DNA of 64,000 nt from an uncultured Candidatus Binatia bacterium. GTDB taxonomy: Bacteria; Desulfobacterota; Binatia; UBA9968; JAJDTQ01. Positions 37,632 to 50,456 of the stretch are shown piece by piece. Each line of letters starts with the position of its first letter. The stretch's first letter is position 1. Where the stretch lies: NCBI GenBank assembly GCA_965213675.1, contig OZ243916.1, forward strand, positions 2,848,001-2,912,000, read 5' to 3'. The notes beneath the pieces were generated by a model. It searched no databases. It saw nothing but the letters and a program-made list of their open reading frames with translations, and had not been told where the DNA came from. A program made the position numbers and the translations under genes.

Positions 37632-38716
37632 TACTCCCGCGACAGCGGCTGTGTCGAACTCTCGCGAAAGCCGCTGTGTCGAACACTACCCGAACTGGCG
37701 ATGGCACCGCCATCCCGAACCGTCATTCCCTTCCCGCTTCCCAAGCTGTGTCAAAACAGGTTGTGTCAAAACTCTTTACGCAACCACATCACGGAACGTC
37801 ATTCCCGCGAAAGCTTGCCCTCGACCCCGATCGGGGGCGGGAATCCAGGCGGGGCGAGGCGGGGAATACCCTCGTTTCGCCCCCTCCCCACCCATGGATT
37901 CCCGCTTCCGCGGGAATGACACTTCGGGGCGTGGCAGGCATTCTCCCTATCCAAGCGGAGTTCTGACACAACCGCTTCCGCGGGAATGACACTTCAGGGC
38001 GTGGCAGGCTTTTCCCCATCCAAGCGGAGTTCTGACGCAACCGCTTCCGCGGGGCGGTTCGAGGCGTGGCAGGCTTTTCCCTATCCAAGCGGAGTTCTGA
38101 CGCAACCGCTTTCGCGGGAATGAGGGCACGTGAGGAACCGTTGCGAGGCGCAGCCGAGCCTGTTTCGGGCAGGGGTGGCGCGGGACCTGCCCGCCTCGCC
38201 CCCTCCCCACCACCCCTGGTTTCCCGTTTCCCAGGCTGTGCCAAAACAGGTTGTGTCAAAACTCTTTACGCAACCACGTCACGGAACGTCATTCCCGCGA
38301 AAGCTTGCCCTCGACCCCGATCGGGGGCGGGAATCCAGGCGGGGCGAGGCGGGGAATACCCTCGTTTCGGCCCCTCCCCACCCATGGATTCCCGCTTCCG
38401 CGGGAATGACACTTCAGGGCGTGGCAGGCTTTTCCCTATCCAAGAGGAGTTCTGACACAGCCGCCTCCACGGGACGCTTCAGGGCGTGGAGGGCGTTCTC
38501 CTATCCAAGCGGTGTTCTGACGCAACCGCTTCCACGGGGCGGTTCGAGGCGTGGCAGGCATTCTCCCTATCCAAGCGGAGTTCTGACGCAGCCGCTTCCA
38601 CGGGACGGTTCAGGGCGTGGAGGGCGTTCTCCTATCCAAGCGGAGTTTTGACACAACCGCTTTCGCGGGAATGAGGGCACATGAGGAACCGTTGCGAGGC
38701 GCAGCCGAGCCTGTTT
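37632..38716. repeat. About 1.1-kb REP cluster: two direct-repeat blocks, each a REP doublet followed by 3 or 4 tandem 65-70-bp units
   Basis: Blocks start near 37743 and 38233; units cgtggcaggc..ctatccaagcggagttctgac(a/g)caaccgcttcc. Confidence 0.92.
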
Positions 38717-38758
38717 TGGGCCGCCCCTTGCGAGGTCCGTCCCGCGTCGTCCTGCGCC

Positions 38759-40066
<1,308 letters not shown>

Positions 40067-40196
40067 TCACCTGTTCGTAACAGATCACGCGGAGCATGGA
40101 CATTCAGACCCCACCGTTGTTCCCACACGGTGTTCACCGCCATCCGTTTTCTTCAGTTGCAGTCCGGGCGGGGATCAACCATGATAGGGTAGTCTC

Positions 40197-40523
40197 ATGG
40201 TTTCGGCTCAAAAATGGTCGCGGCGCGCGGTCAACTACGGCCTGTTGGCCGCGTTGGCGCTGATGCTGTTCTTTCTGGTGTTCGGCGAGTGGGGACTCGT
40301 GCACTACCGGCGCCTGGTGGAGGAGCGGCACCTGCTGGAAGAGCGGTCCCAGGCGTTGCAACGGGAGAACGAACTGTTGCGTGAGAAGATCCACCGCATC
40401 CGCAAGGACGACCGCTACCTGGAAAAACTCGCTCGGGAGGAGTTCGGCCTGGCGCGAGAGGGAGAGACCATCTACCTGTTCCCAACCGACGGGCTCCACA
40501 ACGCCGTTCAGCCGGAGCGTTGA
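40197..40523 (+). CDS. ftsB: Septum formation initiator FtsB/DivIC
   Basis: TM, FGEWG, coiled coil, YLEKLAREEFGLAREGE. Confidence 0.88.
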   Translation: MVSAQKWSRRAVNYGLLAALALMLFFLVFGEWGLVHYRRLVEERHLLEERSQALQRENELLREKIHRIRKDDRYLEKLAREEFGLAREGETIYLFPTDGLHNAVQPER

Positions 40524-40559
40524 CATCGCTTGCGCGATCCCATAAGGAGTGATCCCAGA

Positions 40560-40634
<75 letters not shown>

Positions 40635-40657
40635 GACTCACCCTCCCGCTTTCCTTG

Positions 40658-41884
40658 CTACGGCTTTCCTTTCGACGGCTTTCCTTTCGACGACGCTTCC
40701 TGCGCTTTCGCCACTTGCTCTTGCGCGGTGCGCGCCGCGTCCGCAGCGGTGCCAGCACTGGCTCCCGCGTCACCCGACCGCGCGGCCGCGCCGGAACCGG
40801 CACTGACATCGGCTCCTTCGCCGCCGTCCTCCCCGTTCACCGTGGCGCCGGCGAGGGCGTGCACCATGCGCTCCACGGAGATGGCGCCCACGGTACGGCC
40901 CTCCACGTCCACCACGGGCGCTTCCTCGCCGGAAGAATCCACCACCAGCGACAGAGCCTCCTCCAGCACCATGTCGGAGGGAATGACGGCGTCCGGCTCC
41001 GGTTCGGGGGCGGGCGTGCCGTCCTCGGCCGGTTCCATGATGGAACCCACCTGGATCACGCGGCCGCGGTTGATGTTGCGGGTGAAGTTGGAGATGTAGT
41101 CGTCACTGGGCTGGAGCACGATCTCCTGGGAGTCGCCGTTCTGCACCACCACGCCGTCGCGCAGGATGGCGATGCGGTCACCGACGGTGATGGCCTCGTC
41201 GAGATCGTGGGTGACGAACAGGATCGTGCGGTGCAGCTCCTGCTGCAGTTCCAGCAGCAGCGCCTGCATGTCCGCGCGGATGAGCGGGTCCAGGGCGCTG
41301 AAGGCCTCGTCCATGAGCAGGATCCCGGCCTCGGTGGCCAGCGCCCGGGCCAGTCCCACGCGCTGCTGCATGCCCCCGGAAAGCTCGTGGGGATAGGAGG
41401 CTTCGTACCCGGTGAGCGCCACGCGGTCGATCCAGCGCTGGGCGCGGTCGTCGCACTCCGCCCGCGCCACCCCCTGCATGTCCAGCCCGTAGCGCACGTT
41501 CTCCAGCACCGTGCGGTGCGGGAACAGGGCGAAGTGCTGGAACACCATGCTTACCTTGTGCCGGCGCAGGTCCTGCAGCGCCGCGCGGTCGAGAGTGCGC
41601 ACGTCCTGGCCCGCTACCCGCACGGAGCCCTCGGTGGGCTCGATGAGCCGGTTGACATGGCGGATCAGCGTGGACTTGCCGCAGCCGCTGAGCCCCATGA
41701 CCACCTGGATGCTGCCCGGATCCACCGTCAGTTCGATGTCGCGCAGCGCCAGCACATGGCCGTGGGCTTCCAGCAGCTCCTGCTTGCCCATGCCCTCGCG
41801 CACGTACGGCATCATCGACTCGGGGGCGTCGCCGAACACCTTGTAGAGCGAGCGGATTTCGATGTGGGAGGAATCGGGCGCCAT
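40658..41884 (-). CDS. proV: Glycine betaine/proline ABC transporter ATP-binding subunit (ProV-like)
   Basis: GLSGCGKST, LSGGMQQRVGLARAL, LMDEAFSALDPLIR; real start MAPDSS overlaps the permease stop. Confidence 0.9.
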   Translation of the reverse strand: MAPDSSHIEIRSLYKVFGDAPESMMPYVREGMGKQELLEAHGHVLALRDIELTVDPGSIQVVMGLSGCGKSTLIRHVNRLIEPTEGSVRVAGQDVRTLDRAALQDLRRHKVSMVFQHFALFPHRTVLENVRYGLDMQGVARAECDDRAQRWIDRVALTGYEASYPHELSGGMQQRVGLARALATEAGILLMDEAFSALDPLIRADMQALLLELQQELHRTILFVTHDLDEAITVGDRIAILRDGVVVQNGDSQEIVLQPSDDYISNFTRNINRGRVIQVGSIMEPAEDGTPAPEPEPDAVIPSDMVLEEALSLVVDSSGEEAPVVDVEGRTVGAISVERMVHALAGATVNGEDGGEGADVSAGSGAAARSGDAGASAGTAADAARTAQEQVAKAQEASSKGKPSKGKP

Positions 41885-42765
41885 CAGCTCTGCCTGCCGC
41901 TCTGGATGCGCCGGCCGTAGCTCTGCGTGATGCGGTCGAAGACAATGGCCAGCGCCACCACCGCGGCGCCGTTGAACAGACCCAGGGCGAAATACTGGTT
42001 GGTCACCGCCTGGAGCACCGGCTGGCCCAACCCCTTCACGCCGATCATGGACGCGATCACCACCATGGACAGGGCCATCATGATGGTCTGGTTGACCCCC
42101 GCCATGATGTTGGGCAGCGCCAGCGGCATCTGGATGTCGAACAGGCGCCGCCAGGTGTCGGTGCCGAAGGCGTCGGCGGCTTCCAGTACCTCCTTGTCCA
42201 CCAGCCGGATGCCGAGGTTGGTGAGGCGGATGACCGGCGGTACCGCGTAGATCACCACGGCGATGAGCCCGGGGATCTTGCCGAGGCCGAACAGCATGAC
42301 CACCGGGATCAGGTAGACGAAGATGGGCATGGTCTGCATGATGTCCAGAACCGGCGTAATAAGGGATTGCATCCGGTCGGAACGGGACATCCAGATGCCC
42401 GCGGGAATGCCGATGGCGATGGCGATCATGGTGGAGACGAAGATGATCGCCAGAGTGCGCATGGTGTCTTCCCACATGCCCATGTAGCCGATGAGGAAGA
42501 GCGCCGCGGCCACGCCCACGGCCAGCCGCCTGCTGCGCCCGGCCACATAGCACAACGCGGCCACCACCAGGATCACCAGCCACCACGGGGTGGCCAGCAG
42601 CAGTCGCTCGAACCGGATGAGGAAGTAGAGCAGGGGGTCGAATAAACTCTCGATGGTGTCGCCGTAGGTCCGGGAAAATGTCCGGTACCCGGAGTCGAAC
42701 GCCTTCTTGAGCGCACGCAGCGCACCCTCGTCCAGGGTGGGAAATTCTTGCAGCCAACCGGTCAT
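41884..42765 (-). CDS. proW: Glycine betaine/proline ABC transporter permease (ProW-like)
   Basis: LDIMQTMPIFVYLIP, EAADAFG, AGVNQTIMMALSMVVIASMIG. Confidence 0.92.
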   Translation of the reverse strand: MTGWLQEFPTLDEGALRALKKAFDSGYRTFSRTYGDTIESLFDPLLYFLIRFERLLLATPWWLVILVVAALCYVAGRSRRLAVGVAAALFLIGYMGMWEDTMRTLAIIFVSTMIAIAIGIPAGIWMSRSDRMQSLITPVLDIMQTMPIFVYLIPVVMLFGLGKIPGLIAVVIYAVPPVIRLTNLGIRLVDKEVLEAADAFGTDTWRRLFDIQMPLALPNIMAGVNQTIMMALSMVVIASMIGVKGLGQPVLQAVTNQYFALGLFNGAAVVALAIVFDRITQSYGRRIQSGRQS

Positions 42766-42771
42766 GGTTCC

Positions 42772-45483
42772 CTAAGCATGCGCCGCCGCCCAGTTCTCTC
42801 CCGTGTGGACGTCCACCACCAGGCCGCAGCGCAACTCGGCGGCGCCTTCCATGCACTCCTTGACCAGTCCGGTGGCCTCTTCCAGCGAGGCGCGCGGCAC
42901 CTCGAACACCAGTTCGTCGTGCACCGTGAGCAGCATGCGCGCCACGGGCTGCCCCGCGAGCGCCCGGTCCACCGCGATCATGGCGCGCTTCATGATGTCC
43001 GCGGCGGTGCCCTGGATGGGCGCATTGAGGGCCATGCGCTCGCCCACCGCGCGCATGCGGTGGTTGGACGACTGCAGCTCGGGAAGATAGCGCCGGCGGC
43101 CGAACATCGTCGTGGTGAAACCGTCCACCCGAGCCCGCTCCACCTGCGCGTCCAGGAACGCCTTGACCCCCGGAAACTGGGCGTAATAGGCGTCGATGAA
43201 CTCCCGCGCCTCGCCCACCTCGATACCCAGCCGCTGTGACACGCCGTAGGCGGACATGCCGTAGGCAATACCGTAGGAGAACTGCTTCACCCGGCCGCGC
43301 ATGTCGGAGGTGACGCCGTCCAACGGTACGCTGAACACCTTGGCCGCGGTGGCCGCGTGAAAGTCGTGACCGTGGGCGAAGGCCTCCAGAAAGCTCGGGT
43401 CCTCGGACAGGTGCGCGAGCACGCGCAACTCGATCTGCGAGTAGTCCGCCGACAGCAGCACATGGTCCGCCGGAGCCACGAACGCGCGCCGGATCTGGCG
43501 CCCGAGATCGGCCCGGATGGGAATGTTCTGCAGGTTGGGCGCGGACGACGACAGCCGCCCGGTGGCGGCCGCGGCCTGCTCGTAGGTGGTGTGAATGCGC
43601 CCGGTCCCGGGATTCACGAGGCTCAGCAACGAGTCGGTGAACCCGGTGCGGAGCTTGGCCACTTCACGGTACTCCAGCAGCGCGTCGATGATGGGATGGC
43701 GCCCCGCCAGCTTGCCCAGCTCGGCGGCATCGGTGGAGTAGCCGGTCTTGATCTTCTTGGTCTTGGGGAGGCCGAGTTTGTCGAACAGGATGCGCGACAA
43801 CTGCGGGTGCGAGTTCACGTTGAAGGTTTCGCCGGCATGTGCCTGGACCTTGGCCTGAAGCGTGTCCATGCGCTCGCCGAGTTCCTGGTTGAGGCCGCCG
43901 AGATAACCGTCGTCCACCAGGATGCCGGCGTGCTCCATGCGCGCCAGCACCTCGGTCAGGGGGAACTCCAGCGTCTGCGCCAGCTCCCAACTGCCGGACT
44001 CCTTGAGGCGCGCCTCGAGCACCGCCGCCGCCGCCTGCACCGCCGCCGCCTCGGACGCGAGCCGGCGCCGCCGCCGCGCCCGCGCGGGGTCCTCGTCGCC
44101 CGGGTTGAGAAGGTCCTTCTGAACGCCGGCCGACCCGGTTCCGTCCTCCGCCCCCTCATCCAGCGTCGCGTCGAGGTAGCGGGCGACGATGTCCTTCAAT
44201 GCGTAGCCGCCGCTGGCGCCGGGGTCCAGCAGGTAGGCGGCGATCTTGAGGTCGCAGCGCACGCCGCGCAGCCGGCTCCCCTGGCGCATCATGGTGCCGT
44301 GCAGGGGCTTGGCTTCGTACACCGCCTTGGACACGTCCGGGTCGGCCAGCACCCCGGCGGCGTCCGCCGCGCCGTCGAACGGCAGCATCCCCACCTGGCC
44401 CGCCTTGGCGCACAGCGCCGCCATGCCGTGGTCCCACGCCACCGCCACCGACTCGGCCGCGGGCACGTCCGCGCCGGAGGCCCACTGGGAGATGGATTCC
44501 GGCCGGATCACCGCCTCCTCCGCGGGCGCCGCGGCGCCCGGAGCGGCGAGGGCGAGGAAGCGTTCGTACAGGGTGCGGAACTCCAGCGACGTGAACAGCC
44601 GGCGCACCGTCTCCGGATCCCACGGCCGGCGCTCGAACAGGCTCGCGCCGGTGTCCAGGGGCACGTCGTCCAGGAGACGTCCGAGCTTGCGGTTGAGCTT
44701 CACCTGATCGGCGCACGTCTCGATGCCCTTGCGGATCTTCGGGGTCAGCTCGGCCGCGTGCTCGACGATGCCCTCGATGTCGCCGTACTTGGCCAGGAGC
44801 CGGGCCGCGGTCTTGTCGCCCACGCCGGGCACCCCGGGGAGATTGTCGGCCTGCTCGCCCTTGAGGGCGGCAAAGTCCGTCCAGCGCTCGGGGCCGACGC
44901 CGTAGCGCTCCACCACCATGGCGGGATCGTAGCGGATCATGTCGGTGACGCCCCGCCGCGTCATGAACACGGTGACGTCGTCGTTCACGAGCTGAAGGCA
45001 GTCGCGGTCGCCGCTCACGATGATCACGTGGTGGCCGGCCTCGCGCCCGCGGCGGGCCAGGGTGGCCAGCAGATCGTCGGCCTCATAGCCTTCCAGCTCC
45101 ACCACCGGCACGCACAGCGCCTCCAGCACCTCGCGGATGAGCGGGAACTGCTGGCGCAGCGTCTGGGGCGTCTCGTCCCGTCCTCCCTTGTACGCCGGAT
45201 ACTGCTCCAGCCGGAACCGGGGCTCGCCCTTGTCCATGCACGCGATCACCGCGTCCGGCCGCTCCTCGCTCTCCAGCTTGAACAGCATGGACGTGAAGCC
45301 GAACACCGCGTTGGTCACCTGCCCGGAACTCGTGCCCAGCGTCTCGGGCAACGCGAAGAACGCCCTGAACGCCAGCGAATAGCTGTCCAGCAGAAGGACG
45401 CGGCTCTTCGCCGGATCACGGCTCGGCGCGGGCCTCCCCATCGTCACCGACTTGTCCGATTCGGTGTCTCCCCTGGCCGCCAT
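42772..45483 (-). CDS. polA: DNA polymerase I
   Basis: 5'-3' exonuclease domain (EADD, PGVGDKTA); TGRLSS..PNLQNIP, ADYSQIELR, NAPIQGTAAD, VHDEL. Confidence 0.97.
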   Translation of the reverse strand: MAARGDTESDKSVTMGRPAPSRDPAKSRVLLLDSYSLAFRAFFALPETLGTSSGQVTNAVFGFTSMLFKLESEERPDAVIACMDKGEPRFRLEQYPAYKGGRDETPQTLRQQFPLIREVLEALCVPVVELEGYEADDLLATLARRGREAGHHVIIVSGDRDCLQLVNDDVTVFMTRRGVTDMIRYDPAMVVERYGVGPERWTDFAALKGEQADNLPGVPGVGDKTAARLLAKYGDIEGIVEHAAELTPKIRKGIETCADQVKLNRKLGRLLDDVPLDTGASLFERRPWDPETVRRLFTSLEFRTLYERFLALAAPGAAAPAEEAVIRPESISQWASGADVPAAESVAVAWDHGMAALCAKAGQVGMLPFDGAADAAGVLADPDVSKAVYEAKPLHGTMMRQGSRLRGVRCDLKIAAYLLDPGASGGYALKDIVARYLDATLDEGAEDGTGSAGVQKDLLNPGDEDPARARRRRRLASEAAAVQAAAAVLEARLKESGSWELAQTLEFPLTEVLARMEHAGILVDDGYLGGLNQELGERMDTLQAKVQAHAGETFNVNSHPQLSRILFDKLGLPKTKKIKTGYSTDAAELGKLAGRHPIIDALLEYREVAKLRTGFTDSLLSLVNPGTGRIHTTYEQAAAATGRLSSSAPNLQNIPIRADLGRQIRRAFVAPADHVLLSADYSQIELRVLAHLSEDPSFLEAFAHGHDFHAATAAKVFSVPLDGVTSDMRGRVKQFSYGIAYGMSAYGVSQRLGIEVGEAREFIDAYYAQFPGVKAFLDAQVERARVDGFTTTMFGRRRYLPELQSSNHRMRAVGERMALNAPIQGTAADIMKRAMIAVDRALAGQPVARMLLTVHDELVFEVPRASLEEATGLVKECMEGAAELRCGLVVDVHTGENWAAAHA

Positions 45484-45647
45484 GCAATGAGTCTACTCCG
45501 GGGCACGAAGGAGGGTCAACCGGCTAAAGTTTCCGTTCCTGGGGTCGAACTTCCTTATGCAAGTCGTCTTGACATTCGTCGGGTTTCTTGTTGTCGTGTT
45601 CTTGAATGAACCGTAAAAGCGCGCGCAGCGTATGTGGAGATACTATG

Positions 45648-46166
45648 ATGGGCTTGATCGTTTCCGAAGTCTACGATGCGCTGGTTGCCGCCGGGGCTTC
45701 GCAAGAAAAAGCGCTGGCCGCAGCCAGCGCCGTACCCCCCGCCGAACAAATGGCCACAAGGGAAGACATCGCCAAAATCGAGGCCAAGATGGCCACCAAG
45801 GAGGATCTGGCCAGAGGAATCGCCAAAATCGAGGCCAAGATGGCCACCAAAGAGGAGCTGGCCAGAGGAATCGCCAAGGTCGAGGCCAACATGGCCACCA
45901 AAGAGGATCTGGCCAGAGGAATCGCCAAGGTCGAGGCCAACATGGCCAACCTGGACACCAGAATAGCCAACCTGGAGGCCAGAATCGCCAAGGTTGAGGC
46001 CGACATGGCCAAGCTGGAGATCAGAATCGCCAAAATCGAGGCAAGCATGGTCACCAAGGACGACTTCGCCAAAATCGACAAACAAATCGCGGTCCTCCGG
46101 TTGGCGGTCATCGGATTCGGTTCGACCATCGTAGGCTTGCTGTTGAGGCTGACCTTCTTCCCGTAG
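45648..46166 (+). CDS. Coiled-coil membrane protein, paralogue 3
   Basis: MGLIVSEVYDALVAAG; 51-bp repeats (MATKEDLARGIAKIEAK); TM ending RLTFFP. Confidence 0.82.
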   Translation: MGLIVSEVYDALVAAGASQEKALAAASAVPPAEQMATREDIAKIEAKMATKEDLARGIAKIEAKMATKEELARGIAKVEANMATKEDLARGIAKVEANMANLDTRIANLEARIAKVEADMAKLEIRIAKIEASMVTKDDFAKIDKQIAVLRLAVIGFGSTIVGLLLRLTFFP

Positions 46167-46258
46167 ACCTGGACATCCCTCTCCCTTCGCCCACCGAGCG
46201 CCCCTGACCGGCCTCGCCTGAATTCCCGTTTCCGCGGGGAATGACGGCCGTTCCGGGG

Positions 46259-47953
<1,695 letters not shown>

Positions 47954-48038
47954 GTGCCTGTCTCCTTCCGGGCGCTGCACGACCCGGACACGGGCGGGGG
48001 TTTCGCCCTCTGCTTGAGTTTAGACGGTTTGCGCGTCA

Positions 48039-48199
48039 GGAGCTCGCGCCCCAGGAATTCACGTTTGCAAATCCGCTCTTATCCGTCCCATCGGCCGCTC
48101 GATTTCGTCAAATATGACATGATATTCTCCTCAGTCGAGCGGCCGAAGGGACGGCGATAGCGTATTTTCGCTTTCGCGAAGTCCTGCGGCGCAAGCTCC
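48039..48199 (-). repeat. About 160-bp hairpin-forming MITE/IRU-like element, copy 2
   Basis: Reverse complement aligns along its length with 5014-5175. Confidence 0.85.
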
Positions 48200-48234
48200 C
48201 AGGGGGACGGAACGTTGCCAGGAGTCAGCCGACG

Positions 48235-48969
48235 ATGAACCCTTCCACAACACCCTGTCGCCGCCGCGCCGCCGTCATTCGGCACATCGCTTTCGAAGAC
48301 CTGGGGTCGTTCGCACGGCCTCTGTCCGAGCGTGGCTGGCACATCCAGTATCTTGACGCCGGCGTGGACCCGCTCGAAGAGGCCGCGGACGCCGATCTGC
48401 TCGTGGTCCTGGGCGGTCCCATCGGCGCCGGGGACGAGCGCCAATACCCCTTCCTCACGGACGAGGTGCGGCTCATCGCGCGACGCCTGAACGCGGGCCG
48501 CGCGACCCTTGGCATCTGCTTGGGCGCCCAACTCATGGCGCGGGCGCTGGGGGCGCGTGTGTACGGCGCGGCGCGCAAGGAAATCGGCTGGGGGCCGCTC
48601 TCCCTCACCGAAGCCGGCGCCGCTTCTCCCTTGGCCACGCTCGCGCCGCACCGTACTTCGGTGCTCCACTGGCACGGCGACACCTTCTACCTGCCGCGTG
48701 GTGCGCTTCACCTGGCCTCCACCGCGGTATGCGAGAACCAGGCCTTTGGCTGGGGCGAGCGAGCGCTGGCGCTTCAGTTTCATCCCGAAGCGACGGGCGC
48801 CGGGTTGGAGCGCTGGTTCATCGGCCACACCCTGGAGATCGAAACCACCCCGGACATCTCGGTGGCCCGGCTCCGCGACGCCACCCGCCGCTTCGCGCCG
48901 GCCCTGGAAAGCCAGGGACCGGCGTTCTTCCGCCGCTGGCTGGAACAGGTGTTTCCAGGAGAACCCTGA
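48235..48969 (+). CDS. Class I glutamine amidotransferase-like protein
   Basis: VLGGP, LGICLGAQL, HWHGD, LQFHPE triad. Confidence 0.9.
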   Translation: MNPSTTPCRRRAAVIRHIAFEDLGSFARPLSERGWHIQYLDAGVDPLEEAADADLLVVLGGPIGAGDERQYPFLTDEVRLIARRLNAGRATLGICLGAQLMARALGARVYGAARKEIGWGPLSLTEAGAASPLATLAPHRTSVLHWHGDTFYLPRGALHLASTAVCENQAFGWGERALALQFHPEATGAGLERWFIGHTLEIETTPDISVARLRDATRRFAPALESQGPAFFRRWLEQVFPGEP

Positions 48970-49010
48970 TCTACAGGCAGGGGCGCCCGGCCGCTACCCG
49001 CTGGTGCGTG

Positions 49011-49928
49011 TCACCCCGCGATCTCCTCCAATTCGCGGCGGGTGTCGATGTCCTTGGCGAAAGAACGGATCCGGGTCAAGGTCATTGCCACCGGGTGGGA
49101 CATGCGGCCAGCGGCGTCCCGGACCATGATCTGGCGCGACAGTTCGGCGGCGAGATCCGGCATCGCGAGACGGCGCGTGGCGTAACGGAGGTAGGTCTTC
49201 AGAATACCGCACGGCGCCGCCAGGGTCCGACCCGGGCAGCGAAAGTTCCGCAGCAGGCGCCGGTCTTCCTCCATCCACAGCCCGAACGCCTTGAGCGTGA
49301 TGCGCATCATGCGCTCGTAGACACTGCGGTTGCGGTAGCGGTACGCCATCATGAGGAACATGTTGAACCAGTCGAGGCGGATGGCGTTGGGCCGGAGGAC
49401 GAGCACGTGGCCGGGATAGAGGTTCAGCGGCGGCTGGTGCGGCGCGGGACGAATACGGTAGCTGGGCTTCCAACTGCTGACGCCCATCTCCTCCGGCTCG
49501 GCGGCGATCATCTGCCACCACAGCCCGCTGCCGGCGCGGGGCGCGTAGCCCTCGTCCAGCAGCGTGCGGAACTCTTCCGCCGTGGGCAGGATGTCGCACG
49601 CCGAAACCGCCACCGGGCGATCCGGGTAGCGCTCGGTCAGGAGCGTGGCGAACCGCTGGATGTTTGCCAGCAGGTCTCCAGGGGTGTCGCTGACCTCACA
49701 GTCCACCAAGTCCCGATAGACGTGCGCCGGTCCCACCAGAACGGGGTCCTCGAACCGGCGGCTCTCGCGCATGCGCTGGATCAGCTCGCCCGCGATGCAG
49801 CGACCGGACGGCAGGCGCACCGCGCCCTTGAAACCCTGAAGCAAGTCGCCGGGCGCCATTCCTTCGGGTATCGTCTCGACCCGGTCATTGCCGCCAGCCA
49901 TCACGAGGACCGGCAACAGGTCAGTCAT
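49011..49928 (-). CDS. Nucleotidyltransferase-like (GT-A fold) hypothetical protein
   Basis: VLVMAGG, FKG, SACDILP, C-terminal DIDTRRELE. Confidence 0.55.
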   Translation of the reverse strand: MTDLLPVLVMAGGNDRVETIPEGMAPGDLLQGFKGAVRLPSGRCIAGELIQRMRESRRFEDPVLVGPAHVYRDLVDCEVSDTPGDLLANIQRFATLLTERYPDRPVAVSACDILPTAEEFRTLLDEGYAPRAGSGLWWQMIAAEPEEMGVSSWKPSYRIRPAPHQPPLNLYPGHVLVLRPNAIRLDWFNMFLMMAYRYRNRSVYERMMRITLKAFGLWMEEDRRLLRNFRCPGRTLAAPCGILKTYLRYATRRLAMPDLAAELSRQIMVRDAAGRMSHPVAMTLTRIRSFAKDIDTRRELEEIAG

Positions 49929-50168
49929 TCACTTCTCGCTCCATCGGTGCAGGGGTGTCATGCCACGGGACCGTTTCGCGGTTCCGTGGCGCTCGGTCGC
50001 AACGCCTCAGTATGCCTCCCTGCCGTGGCGCTCTCAAGTTCCCTTCACCCGTGCTTCATCTTTTGATAGATCGTGACAAAACTGCTAGTCAAAAAGCAGG
50101 AGCCGTGCGCTTGCGTGAACCGTCCTCGACTCGGTTCGAGCCGGCGCTCGAAAGCAGCCGCATCCATC

Positions 50169-50357
50169 ATGCCAACCACGGTCAAGTGCCCCATTTGTCG
50201 TACCGAAATCCCATGGACCGGCAATCCCTTCCGGCCCTTCTGCTCGGAGCGCTGCCGGTTTGTCGATCTTGGCGCCTGGGCGGGCGGCGACTATTCCATT
50301 GTCGGGGACGAACTGGAGGACGAGTCGCAACCCGTCGAAGAGTCCGGACCCCGATGA
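50169..50357 (+). CDS. yacG: DNA gyrase inhibitor YacG
   Basis: VKCPIC...FRPFCSERCRFVDLGAW...Y.I. Confidence 0.93.
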   Translation: MPTTVKCPICRTEIPWTGNPFRPFCSERCRFVDLGAWAGGDYSIVGDELEDESQPVEESGPR

Positions 50358-50456
50358 ATCAGGATTCCGTACCCGTACCCAACTCCGGCGTCTCGCGGCC
50401 CAGCGCTCCAGCGGCGCCCTTCGCAGCGCTTCAGCCGTAGGCGTTGGCGAGAGACC

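Noticed and set aside
37900-38660. CRISPR array (65-70-bp periodicity next to a nuclease)
   Set aside because: The segments between the conserved cores resemble each other rather than being unique spacers, the units derive from REP element ends, and no cas genes are present.
40658-42856. 732-aa ABC ATPase with a long N-terminal extension
   Set aside because: The extension is an off-frame reading of the permease; the real start is ATG at 41884.
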